Notes: generated from the sequence alone by a model not told the origin. Counted from the stretch's first letter, positions 9,484-18,850 are shown. The stretch is DNA of 64,000 bases from Alphaproteobacteria bacterium (GCA_018823745.1 JAHJHR010000011.1:43802-107801), one strand, 5' to 3'. Numbers and translations are program-made.

Positions 9484-11008
9484 GTTGCCCAGCCCTTATG
9501 AACTTGAGGGGATCGTACGGCCGGCCGTTCAGCAGAATCTCGTAATGCAGATGTGGCCCGGTGCTGCGCCCGGAAGAGCCGAGCAGGCCGACCACGTCGC
9601 CGAAATCCACTTTCTCGCCCGACTTCACATCGATCTTGGCAAGATGTGCGTAGCGAGTCGAGATTCCATTGCCATGGTCGATTTCGACAAGCCGGCCATA
9701 AGCAGCCCGCCAGCCGGCATAAGTGACCTTTCCCGGCGCCGTGGACACCACTTCCGCCTTGTAGGCCGAGGTGAAATCCAGCCCTTCATGACGGGCCAGC
9801 CGGCCATTGAACGGATCGTGACGGCCGCCGAAACCGCTGCTCAGCGCATAATCATCCAGCGGGGCGGCGAAGGGCATCGAGGCCAGGATAGCCTGCACGA
9901 CCGCCCAGCGGCTGATCTGGGCATCGACCGTGGCCGTCGCCTGATCCAGCGTCGCCGCCTTCAGCGTATCCCGCGCCGTCGGCGTAAACCGCGCCAGCAA
10001 ACCGCCCTGCTCCTCCTGGATGACCGGAACGAACGGACCACCCTTGGGCGCATTGCCGGAGGTGATCAGCTGACGCGGCGGCGGCGGCGGCGGCGGCGGG
10101 CCGGGCAGCAGGTCGAACACCGGCACGCCGGTCTTGGCGATCAGATCCTCGGCAAAGGCAATGCGCTCGGCGGTACGCTCGGCGAAGCGACGAAGCGCTT
10201 CGTGATGCTGCACCTGCATCAGCGCCATCTGGCTTTCCAGCGTCTGGATGGTCGAGACCAGCTTGTCCTTCTCACCCAGGATTTCGCCGCGATCCGTCAT
10301 CGCCTTCTGCAGGTCCTGACGCATCGAGACCATGTCTTTTTCCAGCGTGTCGCCGCGCGTATTGGCAACAGCCAGGCGCTGGCGCAGTTCCACGATGGTG
10401 TTGGCTTGCTGGCTGCGCGTCTGGTCGAGATCGGCCTTCGCGGCCTCTGTCTCCATCAGCTTGTTGCGCAGGCTGCTCATATGCTTTTCGAGGCCGCTGT
10501 TCTGCGTACTGATATTGCGCATCTCGTTTTCGAGAAGGCGCATCTGCTCACGCATGGCGCTGCGCCCGTCCGCCACCTGGCGGCGCTCGGTCTCGGTCTG
10601 CTTCAGCTGGGTTTCGGCGCTGGAAAGATGCTGCTTCAGCGCCTCGTTCTGCTCGAAGAGCTGGCGCAGATAGGATTGCTTCTCACGCAAATCGCGGGTG
10701 ATGGTGACGATCGATTCACGGTAATCGGCAACCTGATCGAGCAGATTGCGATAGGCCAGCTGGGAACGCTCGACCGAGGCATCCTTGGTCATCGCAATGC
10801 GCGACTGATAGACATAGGCAGCGGTGGCGAAGCTGGCATAGCCGACCATGCCGATGGCGACCGAGGCGAGCATCATCTGCATCCGCCGCGAGAAAACGAA
10901 ATATCGGGTGTGACCCTCGGAGCGCAGAATGATCTGTCGCTCGACGAAGAGTCGTTCCAGCCAGGCCGAAACCGGCCCGATCAGCTTCTGGCGTTTTTCT
11001 TTCATCAC
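9464..11008 (-). CDS. M23 family metallopeptidase with N-terminal TM segment and long coiled coil (LmdC/MepM-like)
   Basis: C-terminal HEGLDF...GRLVEIDHGNGISTRYAHL...GSSGRSTGPHLHYEI M23 motifs. The central region is heptad-rich. The first codon is GTG followed directly by ATG. Confidence 0.85.
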   Translation of the reverse strand: MMKEKRQKLIGPVSAWLERLFVERQIILRSEGHTRYFVFSRRMQMMLASVAIGMVGYASFATAAYVYQSRIAMTKDASVERSQLAYRNLLDQVADYRESIVTITRDLREKQSYLRQLFEQNEALKQHLSSAETQLKQTETERRQVADGRSAMREQMRLLENEMRNISTQNSGLEKHMSSLRNKLMETEAAKADLDQTRSQQANTIVELRQRLAVANTRGDTLEKDMVSMRQDLQKAMTDRGEILGEKDKLVSTIQTLESQMALMQVQHHEALRRFAERTAERIAFAEDLIAKTGVPVFDLLPGPPPPPPPPRQLITSGNAPKGGPFVPVIQEEQGGLLARFTPTARDTLKAATLDQATATVDAQISRWAVVQAILASMPFAAPLDDYALSSGFGGRHDPFNGRLARHEGLDFTSAYKAEVVSTAPGKVTYAGWRAAYGRLVEIDHGNGISTRYAHLAKIDVKSGEKVDFGDVVGLLGSSGRSTGPHLHYEILLNGRPYDPLKFIRAGQHVLKGE

Positions 11009-11108
11009 GCTGGCTAGACGCCCCTCCTCGTCTTGCCCCGCGAACGGCCGGTCCGATGAATAATCGCCCCGTGTGACGTCATCCCGTTACCCTGGACCCA
11101 CCGCCGCC

Positions 11109-11130
11109 AAAAATCCGGCCTCCTGGCCGG
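11109..11130 (-). terminator. terminator-like hairpin inside the spacer upstream of the M23 gene
   Basis: On the minus strand this reads CCGGCC-AGGA-GGCCGG-A-TTTTT. Confidence 0.5.
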
Positions 11131-11410
11131 CTCTCCTCGCAAAAAATAAAGACCGGACGGGCTTCATATCTGCCCTCTGTCTTATACCCCCACCGCCTTA
11201 AAAGGCGGTCAGCCCCAATGCAAAAACGTTTCAACGACTTATAGTCAGTTGCTATGTCCGAATAACGTATCCGCATTGCGTTTTCCGCACGTCAACCTAC
11301 AGACCCGGCGAACCATTCGCAACCCGAAAGCCAATGATTTTGCGAATATACGCGATTTGCCGGCGGGTTCGCAGACAACCGCCTGATATCCTTGGCATCC
11401 CTCCGGAAGA

Positions 11411-11707
11411 TTATTTTTTGCCCTCCGCATCCGGCGGGGTTGCCGGGTCGCCGGTGAAAATCTCGTTCATGATTTCCTGCATCTGCGCCTTGTCCTCGGC
11501 GCTGATGACAAGCCCGTCGCGTATGAAATCGCGGCCCTGCGTCATGCTGTGCTGGCAGCAATCCAGATAGGTGTCAATCATCGTCGCGAAGGCGAAGAAC
11601 CGGGGATTCATCGTATTTTCCGCTCGCATCCGGAACACCGCCGCCACACTGTTCATGCGCTGGATGGAGTATTGCAGTTCCTTCAAATCGTCCGCCGATA
11701 ACGTCAT
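11411..11707 (-). CDS. conserved-looking hypothetical protein (98 aa)
   Basis: Clean ORF with high GC3. I recognised no family. Confidence 0.55.
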   Translation of the reverse strand: MTLSADDLKELQYSIQRMNSVAAVFRMRAENTMNPRFFAFATMIDTYLDCCQHSMTQGRDFIRDGLVISAEDKAQMQEIMNEIFTGDPATPPDAEGKK

Positions 11708-11859
11708 GATCCGTATTCCTGGGCCTTCTTGCCGCGCTGCCGAACCGCCGGGTTTGCATCCCGATATTTCGGCCGCATTTTAACAGCATTGCAATCTGCG
11801 CGCTTCCAGAATGACATGAACGTGAAAAGATTAGCGCACCCAATAACCAGAGATGCTGC

Positions 11860-12555
11860 ATGGCCCTGACACGAGACAATATCCGGGACGGTTTCATCGC
11901 CAAGATGCTGGCTGAAGGCCCGCCCGGCTTTCGCATATCGACGGAGGCAGAGCTGGAGGCGTCGCTGACCGGCATGTTCGCCGGCGGGGTCCCGACAGAC
12001 GACACCCATCTTTTCGGCTATGGCTCGCTGATCTGGAACCCGGCCTTTCATTTTGCCGACAGCGCCGTCGGCACGGTGCATGGGCTGCACCGCCGCTTCT
12101 GCCTGTGGACCACGCTGGGACGCGGCACGCCGGAGCAGCCCGGCCTGACGCTGGGGCTGGACCGGGGCGGTTCCTGCCGGGGGGTGGTGTTCCGCATCCC
12201 GCCGAAGGATGCGCTGGAGGAATTGCGGATCGTCTGGCGCCGCGAGATGGTGAGCGACGCCTATATTCCGCGTTGGGTCACGGTGCGAACGGCGGCCGGG
12301 TCGGTGCGCGCGATCACCTTCGTCATCAACCGGGCGCATGAGCGCTATGCCGGCCGGCTGGACGAGCCTGAAACCGCAAAGGCCATCGCCATTGCCTCAG
12401 GCCGGATCGGCCCCTGTGCGGAATATCTGGAAAATACCGTCGCCCATCTGCAGCAGCTGTCGATCACGGATCTGCATCTGGAACGCCTGCTGCGGCTGTG
12501 CCGCCAGGCCTGTCAGGAGAAGGCTGCCCCCACTTCTCCGCCCACTGGGACATAG
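11860..12555 (+). CDS. gamma-glutamylcyclotransferase, ChaC family
   Basis: LFGYGSLIWNPAF...GTPEQPGLTLGLDRGGSCRGVVFRI is the ChaC pattern. Confidence 0.8.
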   Translation: MALTRDNIRDGFIAKMLAEGPPGFRISTEAELEASLTGMFAGGVPTDDTHLFGYGSLIWNPAFHFADSAVGTVHGLHRRFCLWTTLGRGTPEQPGLTLGLDRGGSCRGVVFRIPPKDALEELRIVWRREMVSDAYIPRWVTVRTAAGSVRAITFVINRAHERYAGRLDEPETAKAIAIASGRIGPCAEYLENTVAHLQQLSITDLHLERLLRLCRQACQEKAAPTSPPTGT

Positions 12556-12612
12556 GAAGCCCGGACGGATGCTGTATACTCCCCTGACAACATAGCTTTT
12601 GCGCGAGGTCCC

Positions 12613-13248
12613 ATGCCACTCGACACCCCCGCAGCCGCTTCGGCCGGTACCCCTGATCTGGAAGCCCTGTATGGCCCCGCGACGCCGCTGGCCGTCGCCA
12701 AGGTGATCGACCGGATTGACGCGAATTGCCGGCTGTTCATTTCGCACTCGCCCTTCCTGTGCCTGTCCACCGCCGATGCCGAGGGCAAGATGGATGTCAG
12801 CCCGCGCGGCGATCCCCCCGGCTTCGTCAAGGTGCTGGACGACAAGACGCTGGCGCTGCCCGACCGGCTGGGCAACAACCGCATCGATTCGCTGAAGAAT
12901 ATCCGCGCCAACCCGGAGGTCGGGCTGATCTTCTTCGTGCCCGGCGTCGGCGAGACGCTGCGGGTGAACGGCACGGCGCGCATCAGCGAGGACCCGGCCC
13001 TGCTGGAAAGCATGGCCTTCAACGGCAAGGCGCCGAAATCCGCCCTGCTGATCACCGTGCGCGAAGCCTTCATCCATTGCGCCAAGGCGCTGAAGCGCTC
13101 CAGCCTCTGGGAGCCTTCGGCACAGGTGCCGAAGGGCACGATCCCGTCGCTGGCCCGCATGATCAAGGACCAGATCGACGCCATGGGCGAGACGGTCGAA
13201 GCCGTCGAGCAGCGCACCGAGCAGGCCTATAAGGAGCGATTGTACTGA
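12613..13248 (+). CDS. pyridoxamine 5'-phosphate oxidase-like FMN-binding protein
   Basis: MDVSPRGDPPGFVKVLDDKTLALPDRLGNNRIDSLKNIRANPEVGLIFFVPG is typical of PPOX-class flavoproteins. Confidence 0.75.
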   Translation: MPLDTPAAASAGTPDLEALYGPATPLAVAKVIDRIDANCRLFISHSPFLCLSTADAEGKMDVSPRGDPPGFVKVLDDKTLALPDRLGNNRIDSLKNIRANPEVGLIFFVPGVGETLRVNGTARISEDPALLESMAFNGKAPKSALLITVREAFIHCAKALKRSSLWEPSAQVPKGTIPSLARMIKDQIDAMGETVEAVEQRTEQAYKERLY

Positions 13249-13249
13249 G

Positions 13250-14170
13250 ATGACGGATGCAAGCCTGTCCCGCGACAGCCGCCGGCTGATCGCCCCCGCC
13301 GAGCTGAAGGTGCTGAGCGCCCGCTCCGATGCCCGGGGCCTGCTGCGGCTGGGCATCCATCTTGGCCTGATCGGCCTGTCCAGCGCGCTGATCTGGCAGG
13401 CCGGCGAGACGCTGTGGCTGCTGCCGGCGATGCTGCTGCAGGGGCTGTTCCTGATCGCGCTGTTCGCCACCATTCATGAGACGGTGCATTACACCGCCTT
13501 CAAGACACGCTGGCTGAACGAGAGTGTGGGCTGGTTCGCCGCCCTGCCCTCGCTGCTGAACGCCACCTATTACAAGCATTTCCACCTTGCCCATCACCGC
13601 CACACGCAAGACCCGGCGCGCGACCCGGAGCTGACGCCACCGCCGCCGACGACCCGCCGGCAGTTCTGGTGGCGGATGACGGCGATTCCCTACTGGATCG
13701 GCCGGTTCCGGTCGCTCGGCAAGCTGGCTGTCGGCAATTTCGCGGGTGCGGATTTCGTGCCGGAGAAAGTACGGGACGAGGTGGTGCGCTCGGTCCAGCT
13801 GATGATTGCCTTCTATGCGCTGGTGATCGCCAGCGCATTGGCGATGGGCAGCGCCTGGCCGCTGCTCTACTGGATCGTGCCGGTGGTCATCGCCCAGCCT
13901 TTCCTGCGCGCCTATCTGCTGACCGAGCATACCGGTTGCAGCGAGGATGCGAACGGCCTGACCAACACCCGCACCACGCTGGCCTCCTGGCCGGTCCGGC
14001 TGCTGATGTGGAACATGCCGTTCCATGTCGAGCATCACCTCTACCCCTCGATCCCGTTCCACGCCTTGCCGGCGCTGCACAGGAAGATCCGGGGCGACCT
14101 CGCCCATCTGGCGCCGGGCTATCTGCCGACCTTGCGCGATATCCATGCCGATCTGGGCCGGGCGGCTTAA
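13250..14170 (+). CDS. membrane fatty acid desaturase family protein
   Basis: His boxes HETVHY, HLAHHRH and HVEHHLYP. Confidence 0.85.
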   Translation: MTDASLSRDSRRLIAPAELKVLSARSDARGLLRLGIHLGLIGLSSALIWQAGETLWLLPAMLLQGLFLIALFATIHETVHYTAFKTRWLNESVGWFAALPSLLNATYYKHFHLAHHRHTQDPARDPELTPPPPTTRRQFWWRMTAIPYWIGRFRSLGKLAVGNFAGADFVPEKVRDEVVRSVQLMIAFYALVIASALAMGSAWPLLYWIVPVVIAQPFLRAYLLTEHTGCSEDANGLTNTRTTLASWPVRLLMWNMPFHVEHHLYPSIPFHALPALHRKIRGDLAHLAPGYLPTLRDIHADLGRAA

Positions 14171-14198
14171 ACTCTCGGAAGATTGACTAAACTTTTGC

Positions 14199-14299
14199 CG
14201 TCACCCCCGCACTTGTTGCGGGGGGCCATGCTTCCGCCCTCTGGATGCCCGCCCATGTAAGCTGAACCCTGGATTCCCGGGACAAGCCCGGGAATGACG
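14199..14299 (+). repeat. double-hairpin palindromic element, family 1, copy A
   Basis: Left hairpin CCCCCGCA-CTTGT-TGCGGGGG and right hairpin ATTCCCGGG-ACAAG-CCCGGGAAT. It aligns end to end with copy E. Confidence 0.85.
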
Positions 14300-14313
14300 A
14301 TGGAAAAAAACGA

Positions 14314-15327
14314 ATGACCGACACCAAAACCTACGAAGCCGCGAATTTCGTCCTGCAAGGCGGCATCACCCTGCCGGTGGCAAAGCTGGTCTATAAGACC
14401 TACGGCACGCTGGCGGAGGACAAGTCGAACGTCATTCTCTACCCGACCTCCTATAGCGCCCGGCACAGCGATATCGACTGGCTGATCGGCAAGGACCGCA
14501 TCCTCGATCCGACGCGCTATTTCATCATCATCCCGAACATGATGACGAATGGCTTGTCGACCTCGCCATCAAACACGCCCTATCCGCTGAACCAGGGCCG
14601 GTTCCCGGATATCACCATCTACGACAATGTCATGCTGCAGCGCCGCTTCCTGACGGAGGTGTTCGGCATCGAGCAGCTGGCGATGGTCTATGGCTGGTCG
14701 ATGGGCGGCCAGCAGGCCTATCACTGGGGCGCCCTGTTCCCGGACGCTGTCGACCGGCTGCTGATCACCTGCTCCTCGGCGCGCACTTCGGAGCATAACA
14801 AGATATTCCTCGACAGCATCCGCTGCACGCTGACCGCTGATCCCGCCTGGCGCGACGGCTGGTTCCACGAGCAGCCGATAAAGGGCATCCGCGCCATGGG
14901 CCGCATCTATGCCGGCTGGGCGATCTCACAGACATTCTACCGCCAGCAGCTCTACAAGACGCTTGGCTACGCGACGCTGGAGGATTTCCTGGTGCGGTTC
15001 TGGGAATGGACCTATTCCCGGCGCGACGCCAACGACCTCTATGCCCAGCTTGGCACCTGGTTCACCTCCGACATCAGCGCCAATGACCTCTACAAGGGCG
15101 ATGTCGCGAAGGCGCTGTCATCCATCAAGGCGAAGGTGCTGCTGATGCCGGGCGAGACCGATCTGTATTTCCGCACGGAAGACAATGAACTCGAAATGCC
15201 GCATCTGAAGAATGCGGAACTGCGACCGATCCCCTCGATCTGGGGCCACCGCGCCGGAAACCCCTCGCAAAATCCGGAAGACGAGCGGTTCATCGCCCAG
15301 GCCGTGCGCGACCTGCTGTCCGCCTGA
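14314..15327 (+). CDS. alpha/beta hydrolase, homoserine O-acetyltransferase (MetX)-like family
   Basis: GWSMGGQQAYHW is a nucleophile elbow. The N-terminal region has the layout of MetX-family proteins. Confidence 0.7.
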   Translation: MTDTKTYEAANFVLQGGITLPVAKLVYKTYGTLAEDKSNVILYPTSYSARHSDIDWLIGKDRILDPTRYFIIIPNMMTNGLSTSPSNTPYPLNQGRFPDITIYDNVMLQRRFLTEVFGIEQLAMVYGWSMGGQQAYHWGALFPDAVDRLLITCSSARTSEHNKIFLDSIRCTLTADPAWRDGWFHEQPIKGIRAMGRIYAGWAISQTFYRQQLYKTLGYATLEDFLVRFWEWTYSRRDANDLYAQLGTWFTSDISANDLYKGDVAKALSSIKAKVLLMPGETDLYFRTEDNELEMPHLKNAELRPIPSIWGHRAGNPSQNPEDERFIAQAVRDLLSA

Positions 15328-15352
15328 GATAGCGCTCCGAGTCATCTCCGTC

Positions 15353-15452
15353 CGTCATTCCCGGCCTTGTGCCGGGAATCCAGGGTTCAGCTTTCTCGAC
15401 CGACATCCAGCTGGCGGAAACTTGGACCCCCGGGACAAGCCCGGGGGTGACG
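15353..15452 (-). repeat. double-hairpin palindromic element, family 1, copy B (inverted relative to A)
   Basis: Its reverse complement aligns with copies A and E. The proximal hairpin is ATTCCCGGC-CTTGT-GCCGGGAAT. Confidence 0.85.
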
Positions 15453-15545
15453 GTTTAAGCTTGATGGCGGTTTGGGATTGTCTCGATTGCCTTGACGACG
15501 GATTGCGCCGACAAATACGGCAAGAAACCATCTGCGGAGAAATCG

Positions 15546-15989
15546 ATGAGCTGGGCCTATATCGTCCTGGCGCTGTTTGCGGGCATCGTCGTGCCCGTAC
15601 AGGCCGGGCTTAACGCCGTGATGGCGCGCCATATCGGCGGTCCCCTGAACGCCACCTTCCTGTCCTTTCTCATCGGTACCGGGGCGCTGGCCGTGATCCT
15701 GGCGGTCATGCGCCCGCCGATCCCCAGCCTGGCCGCCTTCGGCAGCGTGCCGGTCTGGGCCTATGCCGGCGGGCTGATGGGGCTGGTCTATGTCGCCTCG
15801 GCCACTTTCCTGGCACCGAAGCTGGGCGCGGCCACCCTGCTGGCGCTGGTGATCGCCGGACAGATGATCGCCTCGCTGGTGATCGACCAGTATGGGCTGG
15901 TCGGCTTCCATGAGCATCCGATCACCCTGCTGCGCGTGCTGGGCGTGGCGCTGCTGGTCGCCGGCGTGGTGTTGATCCGCGCTTTCTGA
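15546..15989 (+). CDS. DMT-superfamily membrane protein (DUF606-like)
   Basis: The track ORF was trimmed to the ATG at 15546. 147 aa with about 5 hydrophobic segments. Confidence 0.65.
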   Translation: MSWAYIVLALFAGIVVPVQAGLNAVMARHIGGPLNATFLSFLIGTGALAVILAVMRPPIPSLAAFGSVPVWAYAGGLMGLVYVASATFLAPKLGAATLLALVIAGQMIASLVIDQYGLVGFHEHPITLLRVLGVALLVAGVVLIRAF

Positions 15990-15994
15990 GCCGC

Positions 15995-17257
15995 CTACCC
16001 CCGCAGCTGCGCCTCAAGCCAGGCGGCGGCGGCGAGGGTGCGGGCATCCTCGCCGGGGCGGCCGATGAGTTGCAGGCCGACCGGCAGGCCGGCGGGGCCG
16101 GTGAGCCCCGGCACGGTCACACAGGGCACGCCGAGCAGCGTCCACATCCGGTTGAAGACGGAATTGCCGGTCGCCATCCCGACCGGGGCCTCGCCGGGTG
16201 CCGCCGGCACCAGCAGAACATCCAGCCCGTCCATCGCCTCGGCCAGTGCCATGCGCGCCCTGGCCGCCTTGCCCAGGATGGCGCGGTAGGCCACGCCATC
16301 GACCGTGTCGCCCTTGGCCAGCAGATCGCGGATGTGATCGCTCAGCCGGTCGACATGGTAGAGATTCTCCGAGCCATAGGCGGCGGCCGCCTCATAGGCC
16401 ATCACCGAAACCTGCTCCACCGCCAGATCGTCGAAGATCGCCGGCAGTGTAACGGGGGTCAATACCCTGGCCAGCCTTGTCTCCGCCTCGGCAAAAGCCG
16501 TCTCGGTGCCGGCCTCGACATCGGGCCATTGCGGCGTGCGGCACAGGCCGATGCGCGGCGTGTCGGGCTTATCCAGGCCCGACAGGAAATCATGACCGCT
16601 GAGCGCGCCGACCAGAAAGGCAATGTCGGCCACGCTCGCGGCGAAGCCGCCGATGGTGTCCAGCGACATGCCGAAGGGCTTCACCCCGGCGGTGTTGATC
16701 GTGCCGAAGCTGGGCTTGTAGCCGACCACACCGCAGAAGGAGGCCGGGCGGATGATCGACCCCGCCGTCTGGGTGCCGAAGGCGAGCGGCACCATCCCTG
16801 CCCCGACCGCCGCCGCCGAGCCGGAGGACGAGCCGCCGGGTGTCCGCGACGGATCATGCGGGTTGCGGGTCTTGCCCGGCGTGTAATAGGCGAATTCCGT
16901 GCTGACCGTCTTGCCGAAGACCAGCCCGCCCCGGCGGCGCAGCCCGGCAACGCAGGCCGCATCGGCTGCCGGCCGGTGGCCGTCATAGATCGGCGAGCCA
17001 TAGCCGGTCGGCATGTCATGGGTGTCGATGATGTCCTTCACCCCGACCGGCACGCCGTGCAGCATGCCCCGGCGCGGGCCCTTGTCCAGCGTCCGGGCGG
17101 CGGCCAGGGTAGCCTCGGCATCAAGATGGATGAAGGCCTGCACCGGGCCATCCCTCTCGGCGACAATATCCAGCAGCCCGCGGATATAGGCCTCTGCCGT
17201 CAGGCTGCCGCCCTCGATCGCCTTCGCCGCTTCCACTGCGCCCATGCTGCGTTTCAT
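15995..17257 (-). CDS. amidase (amidase-signature family)
   Basis: The 984-aa track ORF was trimmed to MKRSMGAVE (complement of 17255-17257), giving 420 aa. GGSSSGSAAAVGAG is the AS motif. Confidence 0.85.
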   Translation of the reverse strand: MKRSMGAVEAAKAIEGGSLTAEAYIRGLLDIVAERDGPVQAFIHLDAEATLAAARTLDKGPRRGMLHGVPVGVKDIIDTHDMPTGYGSPIYDGHRPAADAACVAGLRRRGGLVFGKTVSTEFAYYTPGKTRNPHDPSRTPGGSSSGSAAAVGAGMVPLAFGTQTAGSIIRPASFCGVVGYKPSFGTINTAGVKPFGMSLDTIGGFAASVADIAFLVGALSGHDFLSGLDKPDTPRIGLCRTPQWPDVEAGTETAFAEAETRLARVLTPVTLPAIFDDLAVEQVSVMAYEAAAAYGSENLYHVDRLSDHIRDLLAKGDTVDGVAYRAILGKAARARMALAEAMDGLDVLLVPAAPGEAPVGMATGNSVFNRMWTLLGVPCVTVPGLTGPAGLPVGLQLIGRPGEDARTLAAAAWLEAQLRG

Positions 17258-17371
17258 CTGCCATCCCCCTGTCTTGCCAAGCTTGCAAGAGACTACGCGC
17301 CCGCTTCGGCGGTTGCCAAGCCATCGCGGCTGGTCTGTAATCGCCGCTGACAAGTAACCAGAGGAAGTCCC

Positions 17372-18850
17372 ATGAACGCCCCCGTTAACGGCAAGGCCGA
17401 TCTGATCATCCGCAACGCCCGCCTGATCGACGGCACAGGTGCGCCGTCCTATAGCGGCGACATTGCCATCAGCGGCGACCGGATTGTCGGTCTGGGCGCG
17501 CTGGGCAGCCTGTCCGCCGGCACGGAGATCGATGCGCAGGGCAAGGCGGTCGCCCCCGGCTTCATCGATGTGCACACCCATGACGACCGCGCCGTGCTGG
17601 TCAATCCGACGATGAAGAACAAGGTCAGCCAGGGTGTCACCACCGTGGTCACCGGCAATTGCGGCGTCAGCCTGGCGCCGCTGAAGATCGACCGCCGGCC
17701 GCCGGCCCCGCTGGATCTGATCTGCGACAGCCCGGACGGCTTCTATGCCGATTTTGCCAGCTATCTGAAGGCGCTGGACGACGATCCGGCTGCCGTGAAC
17801 GTGTTGGCACAGGTCGGTCATTCCTCGCTGCGGGTGGGGGCGGTGGCGGATTTGAACGGCGCGGCATCCTCCAGTGAAATCAAGGCGATGCGGGCGAAAC
17901 TGGAAGAATCTCTGGAGGCTGGCGCCATCGGCCTGTCGACCGGTCTGTTCTATCCCCCGGCCCAGGCAGCCCCGACCGAGGAAGTCATCGAGCTTGGCCG
18001 CGCGGTGCATGCCCATTCCGGCCTGCACACCACCCATATGCGCGACGAGGCGGCGAAGATCACCGACTCGCTGGCGGAGACCTTCCGCATCGGGCGGGAG
18101 GCGGATATCCCGGTCGTCATCTCGCACCATAAATGCGCCGGCGCGGATAATCATGGCCGCTCGGTCGAGACCCTGCCGCTGATCGATGCAGCGATGAAGC
18201 AGCAGCGCGTCGGCCTCGATGTCTACCCCTATATCGCCAGCTCGACCATGCTGAGTCCGGACCGCATGGCCGGGGCAAGCCGCGTCATCGTCACCTGGTC
18301 GGTGCCGCATCCCGAACATGCCGGCCGCGACCTGGCCGACATCGCCGCCGAGATGGGGCTGAGCCAGATCGAGGCCGCCGGGAAGCTGCTGCCCGCCGGT
18401 GCGGTCTATTTCTCGATGCATGAGGATGACGTACAGCGGATCATGAAATATCCGCACTCGATGATCGGCTCCGACGGGCTGCCGCACGATACCCGCCCGC
18501 ATCCGCGCCTCTGGGGCACCTTCCCGCGCGTTCTGGGGCATTACAGCCGCGATGTCGGGCTGTTCCCGCTGGAGGAGGCGGTGCGCAAGATGACCGGCCT
18601 GTCGGCCATCCAGTTCGGCCTGACGGATCGCGGCGTGCTGAAGACCGGCAATTACGCCGATATCGTGCTGTTCGATCCCGCCACCGTGATCGACACCGCC
18701 AGCTTCACCGACCCGATGCAGCCCGCCGCCGGCATCGAACTGGTGATCGTGAACGGCCGCCCGGTCTGGCAGGACGGCGCCATCACCGGTGCCCGCCCCG
18801 GCCGCGCCATCCGCCGCCAGCAACTGGGCAACTTCGGCAAGGCGGCTTAG
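17372..18850 (+). CDS. N-acyl-D-amino-acid deacylase (D-aminoacylase) family amidohydrolase
   Basis: DLIIRNARLIDGTG...APGFIDVHTHDD, and the C-terminal half matches the family layout. Confidence 0.8.
   Translation: MNAPVNGKADLIIRNARLIDGTGAPSYSGDIAISGDRIVGLGALGSLSAGTEIDAQGKAVAPGFIDVHTHDDRAVLVNPTMKNKVSQGVTTVVTGNCGVSLAPLKIDRRPPAPLDLICDSPDGFYADFASYLKALDDDPAAVNVLAQVGHSSLRVGAVADLNGAASSSEIKAMRAKLEESLEAGAIGLSTGLFYPPAQAAPTEEVIELGRAVHAHSGLHTTHMRDEAAKITDSLAETFRIGREADIPVVISHHKCAGADNHGRSVETLPLIDAAMKQQRVGLDVYPYIASSTMLSPDRMAGASRVIVTWSVPHPEHAGRDLADIAAEMGLSQIEAAGKLLPAGAVYFSMHEDDVQRIMKYPHSMIGSDGLPHDTRPHPRLWGTFPRVLGHYSRDVGLFPLEEAVRKMTGLSAIQFGLTDRGVLKTGNYADIVLFDPATVIDTASFTDPMQPAAGIELVIVNGRPVWQDGAITGARPGRAIRRQQLGNFGKAA

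Noticed and set aside
11079-11430. ORFs of 65 aa and 61 aa on the minus strand inside the 400-bp spacer.
   Set aside because: They have an odd composition and no Shine-Dalgarno sequence, and they overlap the hairpin and terminator-like structures. I treat the region as non-coding (see the finding).
14171-14313. A SAM-II-type riboswitch upstream of the MetX-like gene.
   Set aside because: The spacer is almost fully occupied by repeat copy A. I could not see the pseudoknot or AAAGCU-type features I associate with SAM-II. A covariance-model scan would settle it.
14167-14466. Short ORFs translating the repeats (also 40682..41527, 41271..41693, 18871..19104, 27091..27180, 29270..29548).
   Set aside because: Their only conserved parts (for example VIPGLVPGIQGS, SFETPAP) are the palindromic repeat elements read in frame. 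They have no RBS and no consistent reading frame between copies.
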